Below, piece by piece: positions 20,574-30,279 of a stretch of 64,000 nt of DNA. Source of the DNA: an uncultured delta proteobacterium. GTDB taxonomy: Bacteria; Desulfobacterota; Zymogenia; Zymogenales; Zymogenaceae. Location: assembly GCA_963792965.1 (NCBI GenBank), contig CAWBYW010000013.1:128001-192000 (forward strand), given 5' to 3'. Within the stretch, counting starts at the first letter, position 1. Each line of letters begins with the position of its first letter. The notes under the pieces were generated by a model, which did not search any database, was not told where the DNA came from, and was given only the letters and a program-made list of their open reading frames with translations. Made by a program: the position numbers and the translations under genes.

Positions 20574-22508
20574 ATGACATCGATCATCGAGGGTCGTGGA
20601 GGCGGCCGTTACCTCTTGATGGGCAACGAGGCGATCGCACGGGGGGCCCTGGAGGCCGGCGTAACCGTTGCCGCGGGGTATCCCGGTACCCCATCGTCTG
20701 AGATCATTGAGAACCTCGCCCGGGTCTCGGAAGAGCTTGGGCTCTACGTGGAGTGGTCGGCCAACGAAAAGGTGGCCATGGAGGTATCGGCGGCCGCATC
20801 GTTCGCGGGTCTGAGGTCGCTGGTGGCCATGAAACAGAACGGGGTAAACGTCGCCTCCGATTTTTTGTTGCACCTTGCCCTTTCGGGGACTAGGGGTGGG
20901 ATGGTGCTTATCCCCTGCGACGACCCCGGGGCGATATCAAGCATCAATGAAGGAGAGGCGCGCCAATTCGCGCGGCTTGTTGAAATACCGCTGTTGGAGC
21001 CGGGAGATTTCCAGGAGGCCAAGGATATGGTGAAGTGGGCCTTCGAGCTTTCCGAGGAGCTCAGAAGCCCCGTGATGGTCCGGAGCGTCACACGGCTTTC
21101 CCACGCCAGCGGCACCGTCAACCTGGGAGAACTGCACGAAACAAGGAGAACAGCCCGTTTTAGATATAGCGGGAACCTCTTTGACCCGATGGAGGGGCCG
21201 GTTATCCCCGCCCCGGTAGACCTCAAACACGGAAGGCAGCACGAGAAATTGAGACGGGCCGTGGAGCTTTTCGAGACGTCTCCCTTCAATACGTATATCG
21301 GGCCCAGTGGGCCCGAACTCCTCATCATCACCAGCTCCGTATGCCATCTCTACGCTAAGATGGCGATATACCTTTTGGGATTGGAAGATCGGGTTGGGGT
21401 TCTGAAGCTCGGGACCACGTGGCCCCTCCCCGCGCGGCTGGTGGAAGGATACATGGGAAACTCGGATAAGATCCTCGTCATCGAGGAGGTAATTCCGTTC
21501 CTGGAAGAAAACGTCAAAATCATTTATGCGGAGGTTGCCTCCCGTCTGGGCACCAAGACCTTTTACGGCAAGCGGGACGGAACGCTTCCGATGACAGGCG
21601 AGCTGAACCCCGACCTCGTGACTGCGGCCCTGGCAAAGATCATGGGCGTAACATATGAGGCCGTCGATCCTCAATACGCGGCGCGGGCAATGGAAGTCTC
21701 GATTACCGGCGCCCCCTACCGGGAGCTGACCTTCTGCCCGGGATGCCCCCACCGGGCCTCGTTCTGGTCGATTGCCACGGTACTGAAGACGGACGGCCGC
21801 GATGGGTTCGTCTGCGGGGATATTGGATGCTATACGATGGCCGTCCTGCCTACCGGCTTTTCAGCCCTCAAGACACTGCACTCGATGGGGTCCGGCACCG
21901 GGATCGCCAGCGGATTCGGGAAGCTGAGGGAGTTCGGGATGGTCCAGCCGGTTTTATCGGTCTGCGGCGATTCGACCTTTTTTGCCTCGGCGCTGCCGGC
22001 GCTCTTCAACGCGGTGCACCACAAGTCGGACATCACGATGGTGGTATTGGACAACAGCGGCACGGCGATGACGGGATTTCAGCCGCACCCGGGGCTCACG
22101 GTGGATGCGACGGGACACGAGGCTTTGGGCATAGACATTGCCAGCGTTTGCCGCTCGATCGGGGCAAAGGTGGCGGTAGCCGACCCGTTTGATATTGCGG
22201 GCACGCAGGAGACGCTCCTGGGTCTTCTGGGGGAGGGCGGGGTCAAGGTCTTGGTATTGAAGCAGAGCTGCAGCCTCTCTCCCGAGAAGAAGGGCAAGAA
22301 GCTCTACGAGATGTCGGTGGACGGCGGCGTCTGTCTCGGGGAGAAGTGCGGGTGCAACCGGCTCTGCACGCGTATCTTTCGGTGTCCGGGGCTGGTGTGG
22401 GACAAGGAGGAAAAGATAGCGCGGATTGACGAGGTGATCTGCACGGGATGCGGGGTGTGCGAGTCGATCTGTCCTTCCGGGGCGATCGGAAAGAAGGAGG
22501 CAGTCTGA
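20574..22508 (+). CDS. iorA: Indolepyruvate:ferredoxin oxidoreductase-type alpha subunit, copy 1
   Basis: LMGNEAIARG, YPGTPSSE, FCPGCPHR, GDIGC, GDSTF...LDN TPP motif and a C-terminal ferredoxin. Confidence 0.92.
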   Translation: MTSIIEGRGGGRYLLMGNEAIARGALEAGVTVAAGYPGTPSSEIIENLARVSEELGLYVEWSANEKVAMEVSAAASFAGLRSLVAMKQNGVNVASDFLLHLALSGTRGGMVLIPCDDPGAISSINEGEARQFARLVEIPLLEPGDFQEAKDMVKWAFELSEELRSPVMVRSVTRLSHASGTVNLGELHETRRTARFRYSGNLFDPMEGPVIPAPVDLKHGRQHEKLRRAVELFETSPFNTYIGPSGPELLIITSSVCHLYAKMAIYLLGLEDRVGVLKLGTTWPLPARLVEGYMGNSDKILVIEEVIPFLEENVKIIYAEVASRLGTKTFYGKRDGTLPMTGELNPDLVTAALAKIMGVTYEAVDPQYAARAMEVSITGAPYRELTFCPGCPHRASFWSIATVLKTDGRDGFVCGDIGCYTMAVLPTGFSALKTLHSMGSGTGIASGFGKLREFGMVQPVLSVCGDSTFFASALPALFNAVHHKSDITMVVLDNSGTAMTGFQPHPGLTVDATGHEALGIDIASVCRSIGAKVAVADPFDIAGTQETLLGLLGEGGVKVLVLKQSCSLSPEKKGKKLYEMSVDGGVCLGEKCGCNRLCTRIFRCPGLVWDKEEKIARIDEVICTGCGVCESICPSGAIGKKEAV

Positions 22509-22511
22509 AGT

Positions 22512-23134
22512 ATGGAAAAGAAAGGACTCGCGTCAGATCCGTACAACATCATCATCACGGGTGTGGGGGGACAGGGCAACGTCATGGCCTCGCGGATCCT
22601 CGGGAACATGCTCTCGCTTAAAGGATTTATCGTTACCATCGGGGAAACCTTCGGCGGATCGCAGCGGGGCGGCTCGGTCATGAGCCATCTCTCTATCTCA
22701 GATACGTCGGTACTTTCCCCCCTTATTCCGAAGGGGAAGGCGCACCTGGTGGTATCGCTGGAGCCGACGGAGGGGATACGGGTATTGAAGGATTACGGGA
22801 ACCCGGATGTCGTGATGCTCTCCAACACGCGGCCGATCCACCCGGTGGGGGTGATTGCGGGCGACCTCGACTATCCGCCTATCGAACGAGATCAAAGGAG
22901 TGGGCGGATGAGCTGACGGCGCGGGCCTGGTTCATCGATGCGACGGACCGGGCGATGGAGATGGGCAGCCCCATATTGGGTAACGTCATGATGATCGGGG
23001 CGCTGTGCGGCGTTGAGGTGCTGCCGGTCGGTCGTGATGAGTTCGAGAAGGTCATATCACAGGGCATGAAACCGGAAAAGATCAGGATCAACCTTGCCGC
23101 CTTTGACCTGGGACAAAGCCTGGTCAGCCGATGA
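22512..23134 (+). CDS. iorB: IOR beta subunit, copy 1; frameshift near 22885-22897
   Basis: ITGVGGQG and QRGGSV. Comparison with copy 2 shows two extra bases; the corrected frame ends at TGA 23132-23134. Confidence 0.85.
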
Positions 23135-23201
23135 GGGTATGAAAGCGGGCCGGCCGAGCGCGTCTATTAGTACGGGTCTTCTTGGCTAAGGAGTAAAGAA
23201 G

Positions 23202-25133
23202 GTGTCGATCATCGAGGGTCGTGGAGGCGGCCGTTACCTCTTGATGGGCAACGAGGCGATCGCCCGTGGGGCACTGGAGGCCGGGGTAGCTGTTGCCGCC
23301 GGATATCCGGGTACCCCATCGTCGGAGATCATCGAGAATCTGGCTAAGGTCTCCGAGGAGCTCGGGCTCTACGTGGAGTGGTCAGCCAACGAGAAGGTGG
23401 CCATGGAGGTATCGGCAGCCGCGTCGTTCGCGGGCCTGAGATCGCTGGTGGCCATGAAGCAAAACGGCGTGGGCGTTGCCTCGGATTTTCTGCTGCATCT
23501 TGCCCTTTCGGGGACGCGGGGGGGCATGGTGTTAATCCCCTGCGATGACCCCGGGGCGATATCGAGCATCAATGAGACAGAGACGCGCTACTTTGCGCGC
23601 CTCGTGGAGATACCGATCCTGGAGCCCGGAGATTTCCAGGAGGCCAAGGATATGGTGAAGTGGGCCTTCGAACTTTCCGAGGAGCTAAAAAGTATCGTGA
23701 TGGTTCGGAGCGTCACCCGGCTCTCCCACGCCAGCGGCATCGTCGGCTTCGGAGAGCTCTCGGAAGCAAAGAGGGAGGCCTGTTTTCGCTGTGGAGGAAA
23801 TCTATTCGACCCGATTGAGGGCCCAATCCTACCGGTCCCCGTGGATCTAAAACACAGCCAGCAGCAACAGAAGCTCACGAGGGCCGCCAAGCTCTTTGAG
23901 GATTCTCCCTTTAATACCTACACCGGTCCGGATAACCCCCGGCTTCTCATCATCGCCAGCTCAATCTGCCAGCTTTACGCCCGCGAGGCGATCGATTTGC
24001 TGGGGCTTGGCGGTGAGGTTGGGCTGCTGAAACTGGGGACCACGTGGCCCCTGCCACCGCGGCTTATAGAACGATATCTTTCCTCAACAGATAAGATATT
24101 GATCGTCGATGAAGTGCTGCCGTTCCTCGAGGAGAACATCAAGGTACTTGCGTTGGAGCTCGCCCCACGGATCGGCCTTAAGACCTTTTACGGCAAGCGG
24201 GACGGAACGCTTCCGATGACAGGCGAGCTGAACCCCGACCTCGTGACTGCGGCCCTGGCAAAGATCATGGGCGTAACATATGAGGCCGTCGATCCTCAAT
24301 ACGCGGCGCGGGCAATGGAAGTCTCGATTACCGGCGCTCCCTACCGGGAGCTGACCTTCTGCCCGGGATGCCCCCACCGGGCCTCGTTCTGGTCGATTGC
24401 CACGGTACTGAAGACGGACGGCCGCGATGGGTTCGTCTGCGGGGATATTGGATGCTACGGCATGGCAATACTCCCGTGCGGCTTCTCGGTATCAAAGACG
24501 GTCCACGCCATGGGGTCCGGCACGGGGATCGCCAGCGGATTCGGGAAGCTGAGGGAGTTCGGGATGGTCCAGCCGGTTTTATCGGTCTGCGGCGATTCGA
24601 CCTTTTTTGCCTCGGCGCTGCCGGCGCTCTTCAACGCGGTGCACCACAAGTCGGACATCACGATGGTGGTATTGGACAACAGCGGCACGGCGATGACGGG
24701 ATTTCAGCCGCACCCGGGGCTCACGGTGGATGCGACGGGACACGAGGCTTTGGGCATAGACATTGCCAATGTCTGCCGCTCGATCGGGGCAAAGGTGGCG
24801 GTAGCCGACCCGTTTGATATTGCGGGCACGCAGGAGACGCTCCTGGGTCTTCTGGGGGAGGGCGGGGTCAAGGTCTTGGTACTGAAGCAGAGCTGCAGCC
24901 TCTCTCCCGAGAAGAAGGGCAAGAAGCTCTACGAGATGTCGGTGGACGGCGACGTCTGTCTCGGGGAGAAGTGCGGGTGCAACCGGCTCTGCACGCGTAT
25001 CTTTCGGTGTCCGGGGCTGGTGTGGGACAAGGAGGAAAAGATAGCGCGGATTGACGAGGTGATCTGCACGGGATGCGGGGTGTGCGAGTCGATCTGTCCT
25101 TCCGGGGCGATCGGAAAGAAGGAGGCAGTCTGA
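23202..25133 (+). CDS. iorA: IOR alpha subunit, copy 2
   Basis: Same motifs as copy 1; GTG start after AGGAG. Confidence 0.92.
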   Translation: MSIIEGRGGGRYLLMGNEAIARGALEAGVAVAAGYPGTPSSEIIENLAKVSEELGLYVEWSANEKVAMEVSAAASFAGLRSLVAMKQNGVGVASDFLLHLALSGTRGGMVLIPCDDPGAISSINETETRYFARLVEIPILEPGDFQEAKDMVKWAFELSEELKSIVMVRSVTRLSHASGIVGFGELSEAKREACFRCGGNLFDPIEGPILPVPVDLKHSQQQQKLTRAAKLFEDSPFNTYTGPDNPRLLIIASSICQLYAREAIDLLGLGGEVGLLKLGTTWPLPPRLIERYLSSTDKILIVDEVLPFLEENIKVLALELAPRIGLKTFYGKRDGTLPMTGELNPDLVTAALAKIMGVTYEAVDPQYAARAMEVSITGAPYRELTFCPGCPHRASFWSIATVLKTDGRDGFVCGDIGCYGMAILPCGFSVSKTVHAMGSGTGIASGFGKLREFGMVQPVLSVCGDSTFFASALPALFNAVHHKSDITMVVLDNSGTAMTGFQPHPGLTVDATGHEALGIDIANVCRSIGAKVAVADPFDIAGTQETLLGLLGEGGVKVLVLKQSCSLSPEKKGKKLYEMSVDGDVCLGEKCGCNRLCTRIFRCPGLVWDKEEKIARIDEVICTGCGVCESICPSGAIGKKEAV

Positions 25134-25136
25134 AGT

Positions 25137-25760
25137 ATGGAAAAGAAAGGACTCGCGTCAGATCCGTACAACATCATCATCACGGGTGTGGGGGGACAGG
25201 GCAACGTCATGGCCTCGCGGATCCTCGGGAACATGCTCTCGCTCAAAGGATTTATCGTTACCATCGGGGAATCGTTTGGGGCTACCCAGCGGGGCGGCTC
25301 GGTGATGAGCCACATGAGGGTGTCTACAAAACGATCCTTTTCCCCCCTTATTCCGAAGGGGAAGGCGCACCTGGTGGTATCGCTGGAGCCGACGGAGGGG
25401 ATACGGGTATTGAAGGATTATGGGAACCCGGATGTCGTGATGCTCTCCAACACGCGGCCGATCCACCCGGTGGGGGTAATTGCAGGGGACCTCGACTATC
25501 CGCCTATCGAACGGATCAAGGAGTGGGCGGATGAATTGACGGCGCGGGCTTGGTTCATCTATGCAACGGACCGGGCGATGGAGATGGGCAACCCCATACT
25601 GGGGAACGTCATGATGATCGGGGCGTTGTGCGGGATAGACGTGTTGCCGGTGGGCCGGGAACAGTTCGAGGCCGTCATATCGCAGGGCGTGCCGCCCAAA
25701 AAGGTGAGGCCGAATCTCGATGCGTTTGACTGCGGAATGAAGATGATCCATCAAGGATGA
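25137..25760 (+). CDS. iorB: IOR beta subunit, copy 2
   Basis: ITGVGGQG, QRGGSVMSH, NVMMIGA, NLDAF. Confidence 0.92.
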   Translation: MEKKGLASDPYNIIITGVGGQGNVMASRILGNMLSLKGFIVTIGESFGATQRGGSVMSHMRVSTKRSFSPLIPKGKAHLVVSLEPTEGIRVLKDYGNPDVVMLSNTRPIHPVGVIAGDLDYPPIERIKEWADELTARAWFIYATDRAMEMGNPILGNVMMIGALCGIDVLPVGREQFEAVISQGVPPKKVRPNLDAFDCGMKMIHQG

Positions 25761-25870
25761 CCAATGCGAGCTCTCCCCTCAACGAGGAGGGGCAGTGCCA
25801 AAGTGTGGCCACCTCGTAATGTCTAACAGTTCACTATATATATCCTGACCTACCAGTCGAGGGGAATACG

Positions 25871-27521
25871 ATGAAGAAACCAAAAAGCCAGCCGATTTTT
25901 GATGAGAAAGACTTCCCGGTAAGCCTTGCCCGGCTTGCCATCATGAGCGGCACGGGAGCGGATATCGATGAGCTCAAGGAAAAGCCGATCATCGCCGTGG
26001 TGAACTCTCACACCGAGTTCAACCCCGGGCACATGCACTTGAACCTTCTGGCGCAGCGGGTTAAGGAAGGTGTGCATGCCGCGGGAGGTATCCCCTTTGA
26101 ATTCAATGTCCCCGCGCCCTGCGACGGGTTTTCGGAGGGAAATGAGGGGATGCGCTTTGTCCTCCCCCAGCGGGAGCTGATCGCCGATATCGTGGAGACA
26201 CACGTGCGCAGCATGCTCTACGACGGGATGGTTATGATCGCAAGCTGCGACAAGATCATCCCCGGGATGATTATGGCCGCGGCGCGGCTGGACCTTCCAA
26301 CCGTATTCCTGACGGGCGGCCCAGGCGAATTCCAGATCCGGTATAAGCCGGTAATGAAAAAAGTCGGGAGCATCAATAATAAGGACTACCCTGACCTTGT
26401 CGATAAGATCGCGACGGTCACGTGCGCGACGTGCGGGTCGTGCGAGCTCATGGGTACCGCCAATACGTTCCAGTGTCTTGTGGAGGCCATGGGGTTGACC
26501 ATCCCCGGATCGGCGAGCGTCCCGGCCTATCACACGGATAAGCTCCGCTTCGCGCGAAAAGCGGGCAAACGCATCGTCGAGATGATCACGGAAGGGCTGA
26601 GTGCAAGAAAGATTCTCACGAAAAAGGCGCTCATCAACGCGCTGATTGTGGATCTCGCAATTGGCGGCTCTACCAACACGACGCTGCATCTCCCGGCGAT
26701 CGCCCACCAACTGGGGATCGATTTCCCCCTGTCCACCTTTAACGACTATAACAAGAAGATCCCGACGCTCTGCGGTTTTGTGCCCAGCGGTCCACACGGG
26801 GTCCAGGATTTGTATCGGGCCGGCGGAGTTCCCGCGGTAATGAAGGTTCTTCAGGACTTTCTCTTCCTGGATGCGTTAACGGTGGCCGGAAAGACCATCG
26901 CCGATGTGGTCCGGGAGGCGCAGGTCCTGGACGATACCGTTGTCCAGGATCTGAAAAAGCCGTTCTTCCCCGAGGGAGGCACGGTGATTCTTTAGGGAAA
27001 CCTCGCGCCCGAGGGCGCTGTCGTCAAACAGTCGGCGGTCGAGCCCGATATGCGGACCTTCACAGGCAAGGCGCTGGTCTTCGAATCGGAATCGGACTGT
27101 CTTGCCGCTATCAGAGAGAAAAAGATCATGTCGGGCAGTGTATGCATTATACGAAATGAGGGGCCGAAGGGGGGACCGGGGATGCCCGAGACGCTGGCGG
27201 TAACGATTGGACTTGCCCTTTCGGGCGTGCAGCGCGTTGCCCTTGTTACCGATGGGAGGTTTTCGGGGGCAAGCTCCGGGCCCTGTATCGGGCATGTCTC
27301 GCCGGAGGCGGCCGACCGGCGGGCCGATCGCAGCCGTAAGGGACGGTGATGAGATCGTCATCGACATTCCTGGCAGAAAACTTGAGGTGAAGCTTACCGA
27401 CCAAGAGATCCAAACGCGTCTCAAACACTACAATCCGCCCGCTCGGGAGATCCCTTCCGGGTTTATGCGCCGGTACGTGAAGCTGGTGAGCTCCGCGGCG
27501 AAGGGGGCGGTGCTCGAGTAA
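25871..27521 (+). CDS. ilvD: IlvD/Edd-family dihydroxy-acid dehydratase, interrupted by an in-frame TAG (26993-26995) and a frameshift near 27316
   Basis: [64 protein letters not shown]. Confidence 0.8.
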
Positions 27522-27611
27522 GCGAGCAGGTAAGCGTCATGAGATGTCCTGTGCGTCAAAACTGTAGACTGACCCTGAGGCTGCCCTTGGCTCTATAGGA
27601 AAGGATACGTC

Positions 27612-28838
27612 ATGAAAGTGAAATTGCCAGAGCTCCTGTGGTACGAGAACAGCACCCTGGAAATCGACTTTCCCGAAGAGTGGAACGTGGAAGTATGCCC
27701 GATGCGCGGCGCAGACACAAAAGCGATGAACATCAAGGAGATCGATGACGCGATCAATCGCCCTATCGGATCACCGACGATAAAGGAGTTGGCACGAAAC
27801 AAGCACACGGCCGTTATCATCTTCGATGATATCACCCGCCCCACCCGGGTATATGAGATCGCCCCGATCGTCATTCGGGAGCTCGTAGCGGGGGGCATCA
27901 AGGAAGACGACATCACGTTTGTGTGCGCGCTGGGTAACCACGGCGCCCACACCAACCATGAGTTCAGAAAAAAGCTGGGCGCCGATATCCTGGAGCGGTT
28001 TCGTGTCTTTAACCATAACGCCTACGAGCACTGCGAATATGTCGGCACGACCTCGCTCGGCACGAAACTCCTGATAAACAGGGAGGTTGCCCAGGCAGAT
28101 GTCAAGATTGGTATCGGCTGCCTCACCCCCCATCCCCAGACCGGCTTTTCCGGCGGGGGAAAGATAATCCTTCCCGGGGTATCCCACTATGACAGTTCCT
28201 CGCACTATCATATTGAGGTCTACGCACAGAACCCGGCAAGCACCGGGCTTGGCAACTTCGATGGAAACATCATGCGAATAAATATCGAGGAGGCGGCGCG
28301 CCTGGCGGGGCTAGATTTCAAGATCGATGTCTTTGTCAACTATCGCGGCCAGACGACGGCCGTATTCGCAGGGGATGTCGTCGAGGCGTACCGAGCGGCA
28401 ATTCCAACGGCAAAGGACTACTACGCCACGGACCCACGGCCGCGCAACAAGGACCTCATGGTCACCAACGCCTACGTCAAGGCTAACGAGATGCCGATTG
28501 CGATCCTCTGCGGCGGCCTTGCCCTCGAAAACTTCACCGGCACCGTGGTGGTTATCGCCAACGCACCGGAGGGGCAGGTGACGCACTACCTGTTGAGGAC
28601 GTTTGGGAGAAATTACGGCGGCCGCCAGTACCCGGTGGGAACGGTCCCGCCTTCTCTCAGGGTGATCCTCATTGCCCCCTCGATAGACAGGAACTTCTGC
28701 GACTGGATGAAAAACCCCGAGGTGATCACGTGGAAGAGGAGCTGGACAGATGCGTTGCCTCTCCTGAAGGAATCCTTCGGTCCGGGGACGCGGGTGGGCG
28801 TTATCCCCGATGCGACCATGCAGTACTATGATTCATAG
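27612..28838 (+). CDS. larA: LarA-family (nickel-pincer) 2-hydroxy-acid racemase/epimerase
   Basis: PIGSP, DDITRPT, LGNHG, PHPQTGFSGGGK.ILPG. Confidence 0.8.
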   Translation: MKVKLPELLWYENSTLEIDFPEEWNVEVCPMRGADTKAMNIKEIDDAINRPIGSPTIKELARNKHTAVIIFDDITRPTRVYEIAPIVIRELVAGGIKEDDITFVCALGNHGAHTNHEFRKKLGADILERFRVFNHNAYEHCEYVGTTSLGTKLLINREVAQADVKIGIGCLTPHPQTGFSGGGKIILPGVSHYDSSSHYHIEVYAQNPASTGLGNFDGNIMRINIEEAARLAGLDFKIDVFVNYRGQTTAVFAGDVVEAYRAAIPTAKDYYATDPRPRNKDLMVTNAYVKANEMPIAILCGGLALENFTGTVVVIANAPEGQVTHYLLRTFGRNYGGRQYPVGTVPPSLRVILIAPSIDRNFCDWMKNPEVITWKRSWTDALPLLKESFGPGTRVGVIPDATMQYYDS

Positions 28839-28977
28839 GAGATCAGACGCTACCCGAGAAAGAGACCATATATCGGGCGTCTGTAACCAAAAAGAGGGTT
28901 TGGCCGTAAGATGCCGAGCGTCTTGATACCCGTTCTCTTTTATCTAAACAGTATCAGTCGTGTTCATGAGGTGAGCC

Positions 28978-30183
28978 ATGAAGTCCATCTATTTTGACGT
29001 GAATATCCCAAAAATTCTCGCAACCAAAGCCCTGGCAGGGCTCTTGCCCTTCGTCTACTACAGCCCACTCTCGCCGGTCGGGTTCGGGAATATCCCCGAG
29101 CAGAAACTCCCCGGTAAGAACTGGGTGCGGGTGCAATCACTAATGACAGGGATCTGCGGTGCCGACATCGCGATGTTTTTCGTCAAGGCAAGTCCCGGGA
29201 TTTCGATCGCGGCGCTTCCCGGCGTACCGCGGGCTTTCATGGGGCATGAGGTGGTGGGAAGGGTGGTTGAAAAAGGGCAGGAGGTTACCGGTCTGGCGCT
29301 GGGGGACCGGGTAATCCTCGAACGCTACCTGCCGTGCTGCTCGACCAAGGAGATCGACCCACTCTGCGGCCCGTGCAAAGAGGGTAACTACACCCTCTGC
29401 GAGAACTTTTCGGAGGGGACCTTGCCGCCCAACCTCGGCGCCGGGTTCTCTGAGCATTTTCTGGCGCATAAGACCCAACTCGTCAAGGTCCCCAACGATA
29501 TCACGGACGACCAGGCGGTACTTATCGAGCCGACGGCCGTCTCCCTTCACGCAGTCCTCAGCCGGCCGCCCAAGAAGGGCGAGAAGGTCCTCGTGATCGG
29601 GGCCGGGACCATAGGGCTCGGGGTCATCCAGATCGCCAAGGCGCTGGGCACGGGCTTTACCCTGTACGCCCTCGAGAAGATCCCCTTCAAGAAAAGGCTC
29701 GCCAAGAAATACGGCGCCGACAAGATCCTCGAGGGAGACCCCTACGAGGCCATGGCCAAGGCAACCGGCGCAAAACTCTACCGCGGGCCGCTCGGCAACA
29801 ACACGACGCTGGGAGGGTTCGACCTGATCTATGACTGCGTCGGATATTCCGCCACAATCCACGACTCGCTCCGATGGCTCAAGGCGCAGGGTGATTACGT
29901 AATGATAGGAAACCAGCTCTCCCCGGTATCCTTCGACCAGACCCCCGTCTGGCAGCAGGAGCTGAGGATAAGGGGGATCAATGCCCACGGCTCGGAGACC
30001 TATGGCGGCAAAAAGACGAGTTCCTTTTCGGTGGCCATTGACCTGATCAGAAAAAAGAAGATCAGGGTCGACGGCCTGATAACCCATCGGTTCCCCTTTG
30101 CTGACTATAAGAAGGCCTTCAAGCTTGCCAAGGAGAAATCGGGCGACGTGATAAAGGTCGTGCTGAAGATATCGGAGGCCTAA
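28978..30183 (+). CDS. Zinc-dependent alcohol dehydrogenase (MDR)
   Basis: GICGAD, GHE, structural-Zn Cys cluster, GAGTIG. Confidence 0.88.
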   Translation: MKSIYFDVNIPKILATKALAGLLPFVYYSPLSPVGFGNIPEQKLPGKNWVRVQSLMTGICGADIAMFFVKASPGISIAALPGVPRAFMGHEVVGRVVEKGQEVTGLALGDRVILERYLPCCSTKEIDPLCGPCKEGNYTLCENFSEGTLPPNLGAGFSEHFLAHKTQLVKVPNDITDDQAVLIEPTAVSLHAVLSRPPKKGEKVLVIGAGTIGLGVIQIAKALGTGFTLYALEKIPFKKRLAKKYGADKILEGDPYEAMAKATGAKLYRGPLGNNTTLGGFDLIYDCVGYSATIHDSLRWLKAQGDYVMIGNQLSPVSFDQTPVWQQELRIRGINAHGSETYGGKKTSSFSVAIDLIRKKKIRVDGLITHRFPFADYKKAFKLAKEKSGDVIKVVLKISEA

Positions 30184-30279
30184 ATTGCCGACGTGGCCGA
30201 CGTGCCGCACACAAACAAGAGAGCGTCGGGGCGGCGGTCGTGACAGGCACGAAGCTCGCAGAAGCCGGGAGGAATCACA

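Noticed and set aside
21556-25340. iorAB duplication as a diversity-generating retroelement or a pure assembly duplicate
   Set aside because: There is no reverse transcriptase and differences are not adenine-specific. The 5' halves are well diverged with both frames conserved.
29140-30210. Long antisense ORFs (e.g. 29140..30210, 37254..38240, 57443..58552, 25850..26797)
   Set aside because: They are shadow frames of GC-rich genes with clear family motifs on the opposite strand.
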